Shown: piece by piece, positions 12,532-21,566 of the stretch
Position numbering within the stretch: the first letter of the stretch is position 1
Layout: every line of letters starts with the position of its first letter
NCBI GenBank assembly: GCA_963675745.2
Contig: CAXXWX010000001.1
Span: forward strand, 224,001-288,000
Direction of reading: 5' to 3'
DNA: 64,000 nt
Source: Phycisphaerae bacterium
GTDB taxonomy: Bacteria > Planctomycetota > Phycisphaerae > UBA1845 > Fen-1342
Position numbers and translations under genes: made by a program
The notes under the pieces: model-generated
What the model saw: only the letters and a program-made list of their open reading frames with translations
What the model was told of the DNA's origin: nothing
The model's database searches: none

Positions 12532-13328
12532 CAGTGCTCCTCTCGCAAAAGCTCAAGCCTGGGGAGCCGATCTCCCTGGCCAAACTCGATCCACTCGCCC
12601 CCGGAAAAGGGGTTCCGATGCACTCCGTGATGGTCTGAGGACGGCTTCCTGGCGACGGCCCCGTAGTCTGGTCGCAACAGACGACGGCCTCACCGTGAGC
12701 CATCCCGAGCGGCACTGCTGACGTCACGATTCACCCGTCCGGCACGTGGTTGGCCGCCGAGATTGCAAGTGTGCCGCGCGTTGGCCGAACGACCATATTG
12801 GGCGACCGTGTCTGCAGGTGATGCTGAACTCTGGCACTAAGGGCCGGCTTTCCGGCTTACCGCTCAGACCAAGTGTCTCAACCCCCGGACGCCTGTAGGA
12901 CGCACCGTTGCGGCCGGTGCCACCGTGTCGCGGTGGCCGCGGTACCGCGCGTCAAGACGCGCGATACTCTCCCCGAAATCAGCGAATTACGCAAGGGGGG
13001 AAATTGGTTTGGGCCCGGAGCGGATGATCCGGCCTGATGGCCACCTTAGCCCAGTCCGAGATGATCCGCTGCCGCCACCCGGCAAAACCGCGGCCTTTCG
13101 GAGATTCTGGCGCGACGTTTCGCATCCGCATGCGAGAACATCCCGGTCCCCCCCCACGCCGGCGCCGCCCCGGCGAAAATGGACGAGTATTTCGCGACCA
13201 CCTTTTGAGTTGGGCAATCGACACGCTAGCATGTTGGCTTCGGCCCGCGGCTGGGCCGTGGCTGGGAACACTTGGTCGGCACTGGGGCACCGGCGCCTGC
13301 CTGACTCGATGAGCGATGAGGCTCGCGG

Positions 13329-14807
13329 ATGATCACGATTGACGGGCTGGATGTGCAGCCGATCATCGGACTCGAGATCCACGTCCACCTGGCGACGCGC
13401 TCGAAGATGTTCTGCTCGTGCCCGATCGGCTACGGCGATCAGCCCAATTCACACACCTGCCCGGTCTGCCTGGGCCTGCCGGGCGCTCTGCCGGTTATCA
13501 ATCGCCAGGCGGTCGAACACTCCGTCCGCACGGCGCTGGCCCTCAACTGCAAGATCGCCGGCTTCACCAAGTGGGACCGCAAGAGCTATTACTACCCGGA
13601 TCTGCCCAAGAACTACCAGATCTCGCAGTACGACCTGCCGCTGTCCAGCGAGGGGTTTCTCGAGTTCCCGTTCGCCGACGGCATTTCAAAAGTGCGGATC
13701 ATCCGCGCGCACCTGGAGGAGGACGCCGGCAAGAACGTCCACGATTTCCCCGGCATGAGCGGCGTCGACTTGAACCGCGCCGGCACGCCTTTGCTGGAAA
13801 TCGTCACCGAGCCCGATCTGCGCAGCGCCGACGAGGCCCGCGAATTCGCCGTCCAGCTTCAGAGGTTGGTCAACTACCTGGGTGTCAGCGAAGCCAACAT
13901 GCAGAAAGGGCAGATGCGGTTCGAGCCGAATATCAACGTCAAGATCGTCAAAGCCGGTCGCGAGTACGTCACACCGATCGTCGAAGTGAAGAACCTCAAC
14001 TCGTTTCGTTCGCTGCATGGGGCGATCCTTTATGAGATTCCGCGCCAGGTCGAGCAGTGGCTGTCCGACGGTGTGACCGCGGCGGCGGGCAACAAATCCA
14101 ATCGGGGATGGGATGACGTCCGAGAGATCACGGTGCCGCAACGCGAGAAAGAGGAAGCCGATGATTACCGCTACTTCCCCGATCCCGACCTGGTGCCGAT
14201 GACTTTCGCAGCCGAGTGGGTGAACGAGATTCGCGAGCACATGCCCGAGCTGCCGATCACTCGGACGGAGCGTTTCCTCAGCGAATACAAGGTGTCGGCG
14301 AAAGACGCGCCAGCGCTGGTTGACGACCGGGCGACGGCCGATCTGCTCGACCACGCGGCCGACGCCGGTGCCGACAAGTCGACGCTGGCGAAGCACTTCC
14401 TCAGCTTCTGGGCGAAACACGCCAACGAGCGTGACACGACAATCGCACGATTGGGTGTTCCAGCAGAGCGCCTGGCGGAGTTGGCCAACCTGGTGAAAGA
14501 CGGCCGGATCAACGCCACCGCCGCCGCCCAGCTTTCCGCGGCCATGCTCGACAGCCCGGCGGCACCGGCGGCGCTCGCCGAGCAGCTTGGCCTGATCCAG
14601 AGCCACGACAGCGGTCAGATCGCCGCCTGGGTGGACGAGACGCTGGCGGCCAACGAAAAGGCGGTTCGCGATGCGCTGGAGAACCCCAAGAAGATGAAGG
14701 CCGCACGCGGCTTTCTCACCGGCCAGGTTATGAAACTCTCCGGCGGCCAGGCGGATCCCAAGCTCGTCGGGCAATTGTTGGAGCAGAAGCTGAGGGCCGC
14801 GCCATAG
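13329..14807 (+). CDS. gatB: Asp/Glu-tRNA amidotransferase subunit B
   Basis: IGLEIHV, CPVCLGLPG, DRKSYYYPDLPKNYQISQ, LEEDAGK, YRYFPDPDL. Confidence 0.95.
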   Translation: MITIDGLDVQPIIGLEIHVHLATRSKMFCSCPIGYGDQPNSHTCPVCLGLPGALPVINRQAVEHSVRTALALNCKIAGFTKWDRKSYYYPDLPKNYQISQYDLPLSSEGFLEFPFADGISKVRIIRAHLEEDAGKNVHDFPGMSGVDLNRAGTPLLEIVTEPDLRSADEAREFAVQLQRLVNYLGVSEANMQKGQMRFEPNINVKIVKAGREYVTPIVEVKNLNSFRSLHGAILYEIPRQVEQWLSDGVTAAAGNKSNRGWDDVREITVPQREKEEADDYRYFPDPDLVPMTFAAEWVNEIREHMPELPITRTERFLSEYKVSAKDAPALVDDRATADLLDHAADAGADKSTLAKHFLSFWAKHANERDTTIARLGVPAERLAELANLVKDGRINATAAAQLSAAMLDSPAAPAALAEQLGLIQSHDSGQIAAWVDETLAANEKAVRDALENPKKMKAARGFLTGQVMKLSGGQADPKLVGQLLEQKLRAAP

Positions 14808-14887
14808 CGACGGCGATGTCCGCGTGCCGCGTTCGGGCGGTCGGACGGCGTCGAACGGCAAGCGTGACCGGTCAACGGGGCGGCGAA

Positions 14888-16081
14888 TCAGGGGGTATTG
14901 CCCGGTCCCGCCAGCCCCAGCGGATCGTAACCGACGATCGTGAACGGGGACGTGCGCCAGACGCCTGCGTCCGCGTCGTAATACGGCTCTGTGATCGCGT
15001 CCTTTATCGCAGTCTCATCGACGTGCGCTGGATCGTATGTGACCTTCAAGTCCGCCGCTGCCGGCCCGGGCCAGGCCTCGATCTTCAGATAACCCGGCAG
15101 TCCGAGTTCATCGTCGCGTTCCAGGAAGTACACCAGCAGCGTCGCCCTTCCGCGACAGGTCAGCTCGCGGACCTCCAGGTTCAGCGTGGCAGTCCGTGCC
15201 GGCGACTGCCCGCGCGTATTCACAAAAGACGGCAGCGGGAACGCATAGCTAGCGGCAACCGCGGCGCCAACGCAACCCAGCATGATGGCGATCAAGCCCC
15301 ACTGCGGCCATCTGCCACCGACGGCCCTTGGGGGCCCCCAGTGAATAGCGCTGCCCGCCGAAGTCGGACATGTATCCACACAATTCAGACACGACAGGCA
15401 ACGCGCCGCCGTCACCTGGGACACTTTGTCCACCGGAATATCCATCGGACACACCGCGGCGCACTCGCCGCAATTGACGCACGCGTCGTCGTGCCGATGG
15501 ATGCGCGCAAGCCCTACGCGCGAGAACGGGTTCAATACCGCCGCCAGCGGGCAAAACCAGCGGCAGAATGGCAGCATCAGAAGCAGAGAAGCGACCAGGA
15601 TGCCACCGGCAATCACGTATGCCCACAGCGTAATGTCCTCGCCGTGTCGGCTGATCAGGGCATAGCACGGATCGTATCCGCGGAAGTGCAGCTCGGCGGC
15701 GCGCCACGTCACAACCAGAATGATCGCCAACACCGCGTACTTCATCAGGGCCAGCGCGCGGTCGACTGCGTAGGGTACACGGGGTGCCGGAACGCCGATC
15801 CGACCGGCGACCGCGCGCAACCACTCGGACACGGTGCCGATCGGGCACAAATAGCCGCAGAACACCCGGCGCAACAGCAGCGTCATGACCAGCACGGCGG
15901 CGAGGATGTAGAAGTTCGATACGCCCAGCGAGCAGAGCATGTTGCCCTCGCTCGCATACGTGTACAACGCTTCAACGCCGCCGAGGGGACACCAGCGTTC
16001 GGCGTTGCCCCTGACCACAAAGACGCCCACCAGCGTCATCAGCAGAAAGGCAAACTGGACGATTCGTCGCCTGGTCTTCAT
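14888..16081 (-). CDS. membrane 4Fe-4S binding protein (YccM/NapH-like) with HMA-like C-terminal domain
   Basis: CPLGG, FCGYLCP, FCRWFCP, CVNCGECAAVCP, CLSCLNCVDTCP. Confidence 0.8.
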   Translation of the reverse strand: MKTRRRIVQFAFLLMTLVGVFVVRGNAERWCPLGGVEALYTYASEGNMLCSLGVSNFYILAAVLVMTLLLRRVFCGYLCPIGTVSEWLRAVAGRIGVPAPRVPYAVDRALALMKYAVLAIILVVTWRAAELHFRGYDPCYALISRHGEDITLWAYVIAGGILVASLLLMLPFCRWFCPLAAVLNPFSRVGLARIHRHDDACVNCGECAAVCPMDIPVDKVSQVTAARCLSCLNCVDTCPTSAGSAIHWGPPRAVGGRWPQWGLIAIMLGCVGAAVAASYAFPLPSFVNTRGQSPARTATLNLEVRELTCRGRATLLVYFLERDDELGLPGYLKIEAWPGPAAADLKVTYDPAHVDETAIKDAITEPYYDADAGVWRTSPFTIVGYDPLGLAGPGNTP

Positions 16082-16243
16082 TGAGGGTGCGCCCATGTGC
16101 GGTGGCAAGTGCCGCACGCCGATCGGCGAAGCACCAAGGATGTAGATCGAGACGCTGGGGCGCGCGCCGCCAGCCCATCAACCAATCGGCCGCATGCCGA
16201 CGCGCTGTCTGGTGCGGATGCCCACCATGGTCCGGCGAGCACT

Positions 16244-17137
16244 CTAGGGCTTTTCGGCACAACCGTCTTTCTTGTCGTCCTTGCTCCCGGCGCTCGCGCA
16301 CTTGGTGCGACTCGGGCACTTTCCGCAGGCGCTGCCGCTGCTACAGCTCGATTCCTTCACCTCTGACTCGGTCTTCAGCGCGGTGGCGAACGCTTCGCCG
16401 CCCGCCAACGTCGCGAAATCGGGGCACTCGCGCGCAGCGGCCTTGACAGCGTCCAGACGGCTCGGCGTCGTCGCCTTAAAGCAGTGTGCCAGCGAACCCG
16501 TGGCCCCCTTCTTGTCGCCGATCAGCGCCCGCAGCCGGGCCACGTCGAACGCCAGTGTGACCGATGAATCCTCGGTCAGCTTGATCTCCTCACTCAGCGC
16601 CCGGGCCTTGTCGAGCTCTGCTTCACGCGCCAGCGCAATGCCAAGCAGGGCCTTGGTTTCAGGAGTCACCTGCGCATCGTCCATGCCGCTGAGCAGTTCG
16701 GCGGCCTCCTCATTCATCTTCAGCACGAGTTGTGACCGCGCCAGCAGAGCCGCCGACTCAGCGTTATTCAGGCGTTTGTGGATCTTGCGGCCGAGGTCGA
16801 GGGCCTCGGTGTGAATGTCGTTGTCTTCATAATACGTGTGCAACGCCAGCGCCATTTGGCTCCACTGCTCCTGGCCGGCGGTTTCATCGAGACGCTTGCG
16901 TATCGCAATGACGCGGCGCACCAGCCCGGCCTGCTGGCGATACTCCTCGTTATCCGGGGCCAGCCGGGCCGCTTCGGTAAACGCCTGCAAAGTCCCGTCA
17001 AAGTCGCCCTGTTGAAGGAGAACACGCCCCCGGGCGAATATCGCTTCGTGATCGGCGTCAGCCGGATCGGCCCCCTGAGCCGACGTAACCGCGGCACATC
17101 CAACAACGAAACATACAAACAGAACGCGAGCACTCAT
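16244..17137 (-). CDS. secreted TPR-like protein with Cys-rich tail
   Basis: Signal peptide, helical repeats, SSCSSGSACGKCPSRTKC tail. Confidence 0.7.
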   Translation of the reverse strand: MSARVLFVCFVVGCAAVTSAQGADPADADHEAIFARGRVLLQQGDFDGTLQAFTEAARLAPDNEEYRQQAGLVRRVIAIRKRLDETAGQEQWSQMALALHTYYEDNDIHTEALDLGRKIHKRLNNAESAALLARSQLVLKMNEEAAELLSGMDDAQVTPETKALLGIALAREAELDKARALSEEIKLTEDSSVTLAFDVARLRALIGDKKGATGSLAHCFKATTPSRLDAVKAAARECPDFATLAGGEAFATALKTESEVKESSCSSGSACGKCPSRTKCASAGSKDDKKDGCAEKP

Positions 17138-17365
17138 CAGCGGTTCTCCTGAGAAAGCCACCCCCTATTCTCCATTATGCCCTTATACCAAAGCGCCCGA
17201 CGCGGGGGCAACCCCCATCCACCGTCCGACCCGCCGCACCCCTGTTGATGTCTGCAGATTGATGTCTACAAAGCCCCCCGCTGGGGATCAGCAACCCGTT
17301 CGTGACCCGTGGCGGCAACCGGCACGGCCGGACGATCATCGCAGATCGAACCGGCCGAGCGCGTT

Positions 17366-18136
17366 TCACCTGGCTTGTCCACCAGCCCGTTGCAGCGCCG
17401 GGAGGTGGTGGTTCAGCGAGACGTACCGCAGCCGCTCAAAAACAGCCTTGATATCCTCGTGCTCCGCCGCGCCGATAGATTGCTCGTACAGCCGCCCGTT
17501 GTCGATCTCAAGCCGTACCGCCTGCTGCATGGCCACCTGCCACGTGTCCGGCACGGTGCTTGGCGCAACTTCATCACGCGCCGGCGGGACCACACCGTAA
17601 CGTTCAAACAACCCAAGCAGTGCGCTGGCGTGCCGCCGTTCGGCCTCGCGAATGTTCGCCAGCTTGCGCGAGTGGCCAAACCTATCGAGGAGCGCTGTGT
17701 AGAAGTCATCCGCGGCGTACTCGTCGAGCAACGCCGCGCGCAGGGCGTCCAGCTCCGGCTGACTCAACGGGCCGCCAACAGTGTCTTGACGCGCGAGCGG
17801 AGCAGCAGCCGCGGCGCTACCGCATGGGTTGAGACAGCGAGTACCGCAGCCCGTGCGTTGCGCGACGCCTTGGCCGCGGAGAGATTGCCCCCTTAACAGC
17901 CGGCTGCCGCGCCACGGGCGCGCCGATCCACCGGAACTGCGCAAGCCGGCCCGCCGCCCCACCCACTGACTACTTTCAATAGACGCGTCATCGCCTGATT
18001 GATTTGTTGGCGGCGCTTGCGGGATGCGCATCATGACGCAGCGCTGCTTGGATCGGCCGTGATTGTGCGGACCCTGCGCCCAGGCAGCGGCGGCACCTGC
18101 GACCAACGCAATCGCTACGGCTGCGGATACTCTCAC
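17366..18136 (-). CDS. secreted ferritin-like (DUF2202-like) protein
   Basis: ALLDEYAA, NIREAERRH, EIDNGRLY, SLNHHLPA di-iron-type ligands. Confidence 0.75.
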   Translation of the reverse strand: MRVSAAVAIALVAGAAAAWAQGPHNHGRSKQRCVMMRIPQAPPTNQSGDDASIESSQWVGRRAGLRSSGGSARPWRGSRLLRGQSLRGQGVAQRTGCGTRCLNPCGSAAAAAPLARQDTVGGPLSQPELDALRAALLDEYAADDFYTALLDRFGHSRKLANIREAERRHASALLGLFERYGVVPPARDEVAPSTVPDTWQVAMQQAVRLEIDNGRLYEQSIGAAEHEDIKAVFERLRYVSLNHHLPALQRAGGQAR

Positions 18137-18804
18137 GGATGCTCCTTTTCGTCATCTGATCCGGGATGGGATGTTGGGGTCGTGCCCGGCGGCTCATGGC
18201 CGGCCGGTGGTGGGCTTCCACGGCCCCCCCGCCACCTGCGTCCGTGTCCCTGGCCGGCGCCGTGGCCACCCCCATCGCCGCCACCATGGCCGGCTTCGTT
18301 GGCACCACGCGCCTCGCCCTGGCTGTGTCCGTGTCCGTGGCGCCAACGCCATCCGCCAGACTCCCGGATGCCCTTGGCACACGTTTGAAACAGTTTCGAT
18401 CGCTGCGCATCCGTAAGATGGGGACGCAGCGCGAGCAGGTGCGCGGCCACACGCCGTTCGAGCTGATCGTGAACCGTGATCACGGTCTCGACCTGACGCA
18501 GCAGGGCTTCATCCGTCGTGTCCGCGTCCTCAAACATGGTCGCCAGCGCCTCTCTTTCGGACGCCAGCTCGGCTTCCATCCGGGCGCTTTCTTCGGCAAA
18601 TGCCGGATCGACACTGGCGACGCGTTCGAGCTGCTCAGGCATCAGCCGCAGCCACCCTCCCAGAACCTCGGCCGGCTTGGCGGGCCTGGCCGGCGCGGCT
18701 GGTCTGGCCGGCTCCGCTTGCCAGGCATAGGTCGCAATGAAGCTGCCAAACATGCAGATACCGAACACGGCGATGATGATTCCGTTCAGCCTGGGTCTCA
18801 TCAC
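18133..18804 (-). CDS. Spy/CpxP/ZraP-like periplasmic heavy-metal sensor with Gly/His-rich tail
   Basis: L.LMPEQ and LTDAQR motifs, helical core, HGHGH/GGHG tail. Confidence 0.7.
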   Translation of the reverse strand: MMRPRLNGIIIAVFGICMFGSFIATYAWQAEPARPAAPARPAKPAEVLGGWLRLMPEQLERVASVDPAFAEESARMEAELASEREALATMFEDADTTDEALLRQVETVITVHDQLERRVAAHLLALRPHLTDAQRSKLFQTCAKGIRESGGWRWRHGHGHSQGEARGANEAGHGGGDGGGHGAGQGHGRRWRGGRGSPPPAGHEPPGTTPTSHPGSDDEKEHP

Positions 18805-19283
18805 GCACCTCCCTGCTCGGGTGCTTCGTCCACCAGGTCGAAAACCGTGGTGGCGAGGCCCGTTGCCGAAGGAGACTCGATAACGTGGAACAACAGCGCC
18901 TCAAGCGCCTCCTGCTCGCTGACCGTGACAGCGCCGGCCGGTGGTGTCGCCGTGTCACGGGGCACCGCTCTGCCAGCCAGGTGGCCCAAGCCGAGACCCA
19001 CGAGGACCACGGCGGCGACTCGGCCAACACTCAAAGCGGTGCTGCGGAGCGGGTGGGAGATAATCGGCAGCCGCTCGTCAAGCCGCCGATCGACGGCCGG
19101 CCAGAGGTCGCTGTCGCCGGTCACCTGCCATTGCCCGAGAATATCGCGAACCGCCCGCTGCTTCGCGAATGCCGCACGGCACTCGGCGCATGACTCGAGG
19201 TGCGCCTCGATGTTCGCTCGCTGGACATCGGAAAGCGCACCGGTGGACAGCTTGATCAGATTTGTCTCGCTCACATGTTCCAT
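18801..19283 (-). CDS. zf-HC2 anti-sigma factor
   Basis: HLESCAEC motif plus a single TM helix; directly follows an ECF sigma. Confidence 0.85.
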   Translation of the reverse strand: MEHVSETNLIKLSTGALSDVQRANIEAHLESCAECRAAFAKQRAVRDILGQWQVTGDSDLWPAVDRRLDERLPIISHPLRSTALSVGRVAAVVLVGLGLGHLAGRAVPRDTATPPAGAVTVSEQEALEALLFHVIESPSATGLATTVFDLVDEAPEQGGA

Positions 19284-19367
19284 TGCCCGGCCTCATTGTT
19301 TAAACGTATCTGCCCGTATGAATCCGGCGGCAGGTTCCTCGGATTTCTCGAAATTCCGTCGACATCG

Positions 19368-19976
19368 TCAGTCGTCCTTCAGGTCGGCGAGCAGTTCGCG
19401 CAACCTGGCGTAGGCCCTCACAAGACAGGATTCGACGGCCCCGGTGCTCCAGCCGGTGGCCGCGGCGATCTCCTTGTGCCCCATGTCCTGAAATCGGTGC
19501 ATAATCAGCGTCAGTCTTTGCCGGTCGGGCAAACTGGCGACGGCCCGACGGATCATCTCCTGTCGTTCACGAAGCTGCGCGGGCTCGGATGCATCGATGG
19601 CGCTGGTGCCTGGCGGCGACGAATCCAGGCCGCCAGGTTCGCGTCGAGCCCGCCGTCGATGGTCCCAGCACAGGTTGGCGACAATCCGATAAAACCACGT
19701 TGTGAACTGCGCCGTCGGGCGATAGGTGGCTGCCCGCTCGAACACGCGCACAAACGCGTCCTGGCACACGTCCTCGGCAACCTCACGCCGACCCAGAAAA
19801 CGCAGCGCCAGGCCGAGCGCCTTCTCCTGGTGGCGGCGCACAAGCACGGCCAGTGCCTCACGCTGTCGACATGCGACAAGCTCCATGAGCGCGTGGTCGT
19901 CGAGACTGTCGTATGACGGCGAGTCGCCGGGAAGTGTTGGCACGGGGCGCAAACATCCTCTCGAAGATTCTGGCAA
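19368..19976 (-). CDS. ECF RNA polymerase sigma factor (start uncertain)
   Basis: AEDVCQDAF, FTTWFYRIVANLC, LPDRQR..EIAA. Confidence 0.9.
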   Translation of the reverse strand: MPESSRGCLRPVPTLPGDSPSYDSLDDHALMELVACRQREALAVLVRRHQEKALGLALRFLGRREVAEDVCQDAFVRVFERAATYRPTAQFTTWFYRIVANLCWDHRRRARREPGGLDSSPPGTSAIDASEPAQLRERQEMIRRAVASLPDRQRLTLIMHRFQDMGHKEIAAATGWSTGAVESCLVRAYARLRELLADLKDD

Positions 19977-20131
19977 TTGACCGCAGGAATGCCCGCGGGT
20001 GTTCGTTGCAACGAGTGGCGGTGGCGATTGTCCAGCGCCTCGCGGATCACTGCAACCAATCGGTCAATGGCGTTGGGCCGGTGACGTCCGTTAATGACTA
20101 TGGCAACGCCAATGGAATAGGAGTGCCAGGT

Positions 20132-20491
20132 ATGAAACGTGCTTTGATTGTGCTGTGCCCGCTGGCTCTGTTGGTGGGTGCGATCGGGTGTGACGACGCG
20201 ACGCTGGCGGGGCTGCCCGGTGACGTGCAAGCGCTGGTTTCCAGCGTGAGCGGCTTCAAGACCGACCTCACCGCGCTGGCCTCAGACCTCGGCCCTGATG
20301 CCCAGTCCTGCCCTCAGGTATTGAACGGCGGTGACCAGGTCCAGAATCAGATTCAGAATCGGCACGATTACGGCGGCGACAACGGCGCCGGCCCTGGCGG
20401 CACCGGTAGCGGCACCGGTGGCGGTGCTAACGGCCAGGGTGACCAACTTCGCCTGCGCGATGGAAGCTGCAACGACGACGGCGAAGGCTAA
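20132..20491 (+). CDS. small Gly-rich lipoprotein
   Basis: AGGAG RBS, lipobox-like AIGC, C-terminal GDQLRLRDGSC. Confidence 0.7.
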   Translation: MKRALIVLCPLALLVGAIGCDDATLAGLPGDVQALVSSVSGFKTDLTALASDLGPDAQSCPQVLNGGDQVQNQIQNRHDYGGDNGAGPGGTGSGTGGGANGQGDQLRLRDGSCNDDGEG

Positions 20492-20610
20492 CCAACCCTA
20501 TATCACCATATCACCTATCACCGGAGAGAAGCGGGCAACGTGGTGCGCTGCGTCCAGTTATGGGCCAGGCGCGCCCGTCCCGCGCGCCGAGGTGGCAGCC
20601 CTCAGCCACA

Positions 20611-21369
20611 TCAGCCACTGCGTGGCGGGTACGACGTCGACATCGATGTCTTCACGTTCAGGAAATGGCCAACCGGGTCTTGCAGTGGCATCGGATGGGG
20701 CAGCGCAAACAACTCACCATAGCGAAAGCCGCAGCGGCCGCCTTCGGCACCATCAATCGAGCGGATGCGGTGCAGAATTTTCTCCAACCGCTCCTCGTCA
20801 AACTGCGACTTGTACGCCGCAATCGCCGCCGCTTTCTGCTCAAACGTGTCGCTGGTATCGACCACGAAAGTCGCGTGCCAGTGGCCCTGCTCGGCCGCGA
20901 GCGCCACGGGGCGGTACCAGAGCCAGTCGATACGGTGTGGTGGCGTGTCGTCAAAACGCTCATCCCACTTCGTCAATTGCGAATAAAAACGCGCAGCCTC
21001 AACGATTAGCTGGCCTTGATAGTGGTCGGGGGACGCGCCCGGCGTGCGGCCGGCCATTGAGACCACGATTTTCGGGCGGAAACGCCTGAAGACGGTCGCG
21101 ACGGCATAACGCGACTCAGGCGAGTCCATCAGCTCACGGTTCGTCAGGGGCAGGATCTCCACATGTTGCACACCGAGAATCTCCGCCGCCCGGTGCAGCT
21201 CCTCGGCGCGCACCTCGGCTGAACCGCGCGGAGTCGGCTCACCATTGGTCAAGTGTACAATCCCCACGCGATGGCCATCACGGGTCAGTCGCGCTATCGT
21301 GCCGCCGCAGGTAATCTCGATGTCGTCGGGATGCGGCATGGCGAAGATGATGTCGAGCTGCTGGGCCAC
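20611..21369 (-). CDS. PIG-L family deacetylase (BshB1-like)
   Basis: PHPDDIE, LTNGEPT, PDH, AYKSQF. Confidence 0.85.
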   Translation of the reverse strand: MAQQLDIIFAMPHPDDIEITCGGTIARLTRDGHRVGIVHLTNGEPTPRGSAEVRAEELHRAAEILGVQHVEILPLTNRELMDSPESRYAVATVFRRFRPKIVVSMAGRTPGASPDHYQGQLIVEAARFYSQLTKWDERFDDTPPHRIDWLWYRPVALAAEQGHWHATFVVDTSDTFEQKAAAIAAYKSQFDEERLEKILHRIRSIDGAEGGRCGFRYGELFALPHPMPLQDPVGHFLNVKTSMSTSYPPRSG

Positions 21370-21510
21370 TATCGTAACCTCCCGCGCTGCTTCCGCTTGC
21401 TGAGTGTCCCCGCAACGATGTTATCGACTTGGCGCGCAGGGGCAACACGGACCTTCCAGCAGGGATGGCCGGCGGCCGATGGGGCAGACCGAGCACAGAC
21501 AGTGCAGAAC

Positions 21511-21532
21511 GACCGACCGGAGGTCGGTCCCA
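21511..21532. repeat. GACCGACCGRAGGTCGGTCCCA palindrome
   Basis: Second copy at 50368-50389. Confidence 0.65.
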
Positions 21533-21566
21533 CAGGTAGTTCCACGCAGTCTCTTCCGCGGCCTGC

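Noticed and set aside
12700..12745. c-di-AMP (ydaO) riboswitch suggested by GGGTGAATC and CGTCAGC on the minus strand
   Set aside because: The motifs are too close together and the remaining conserved elements are missing
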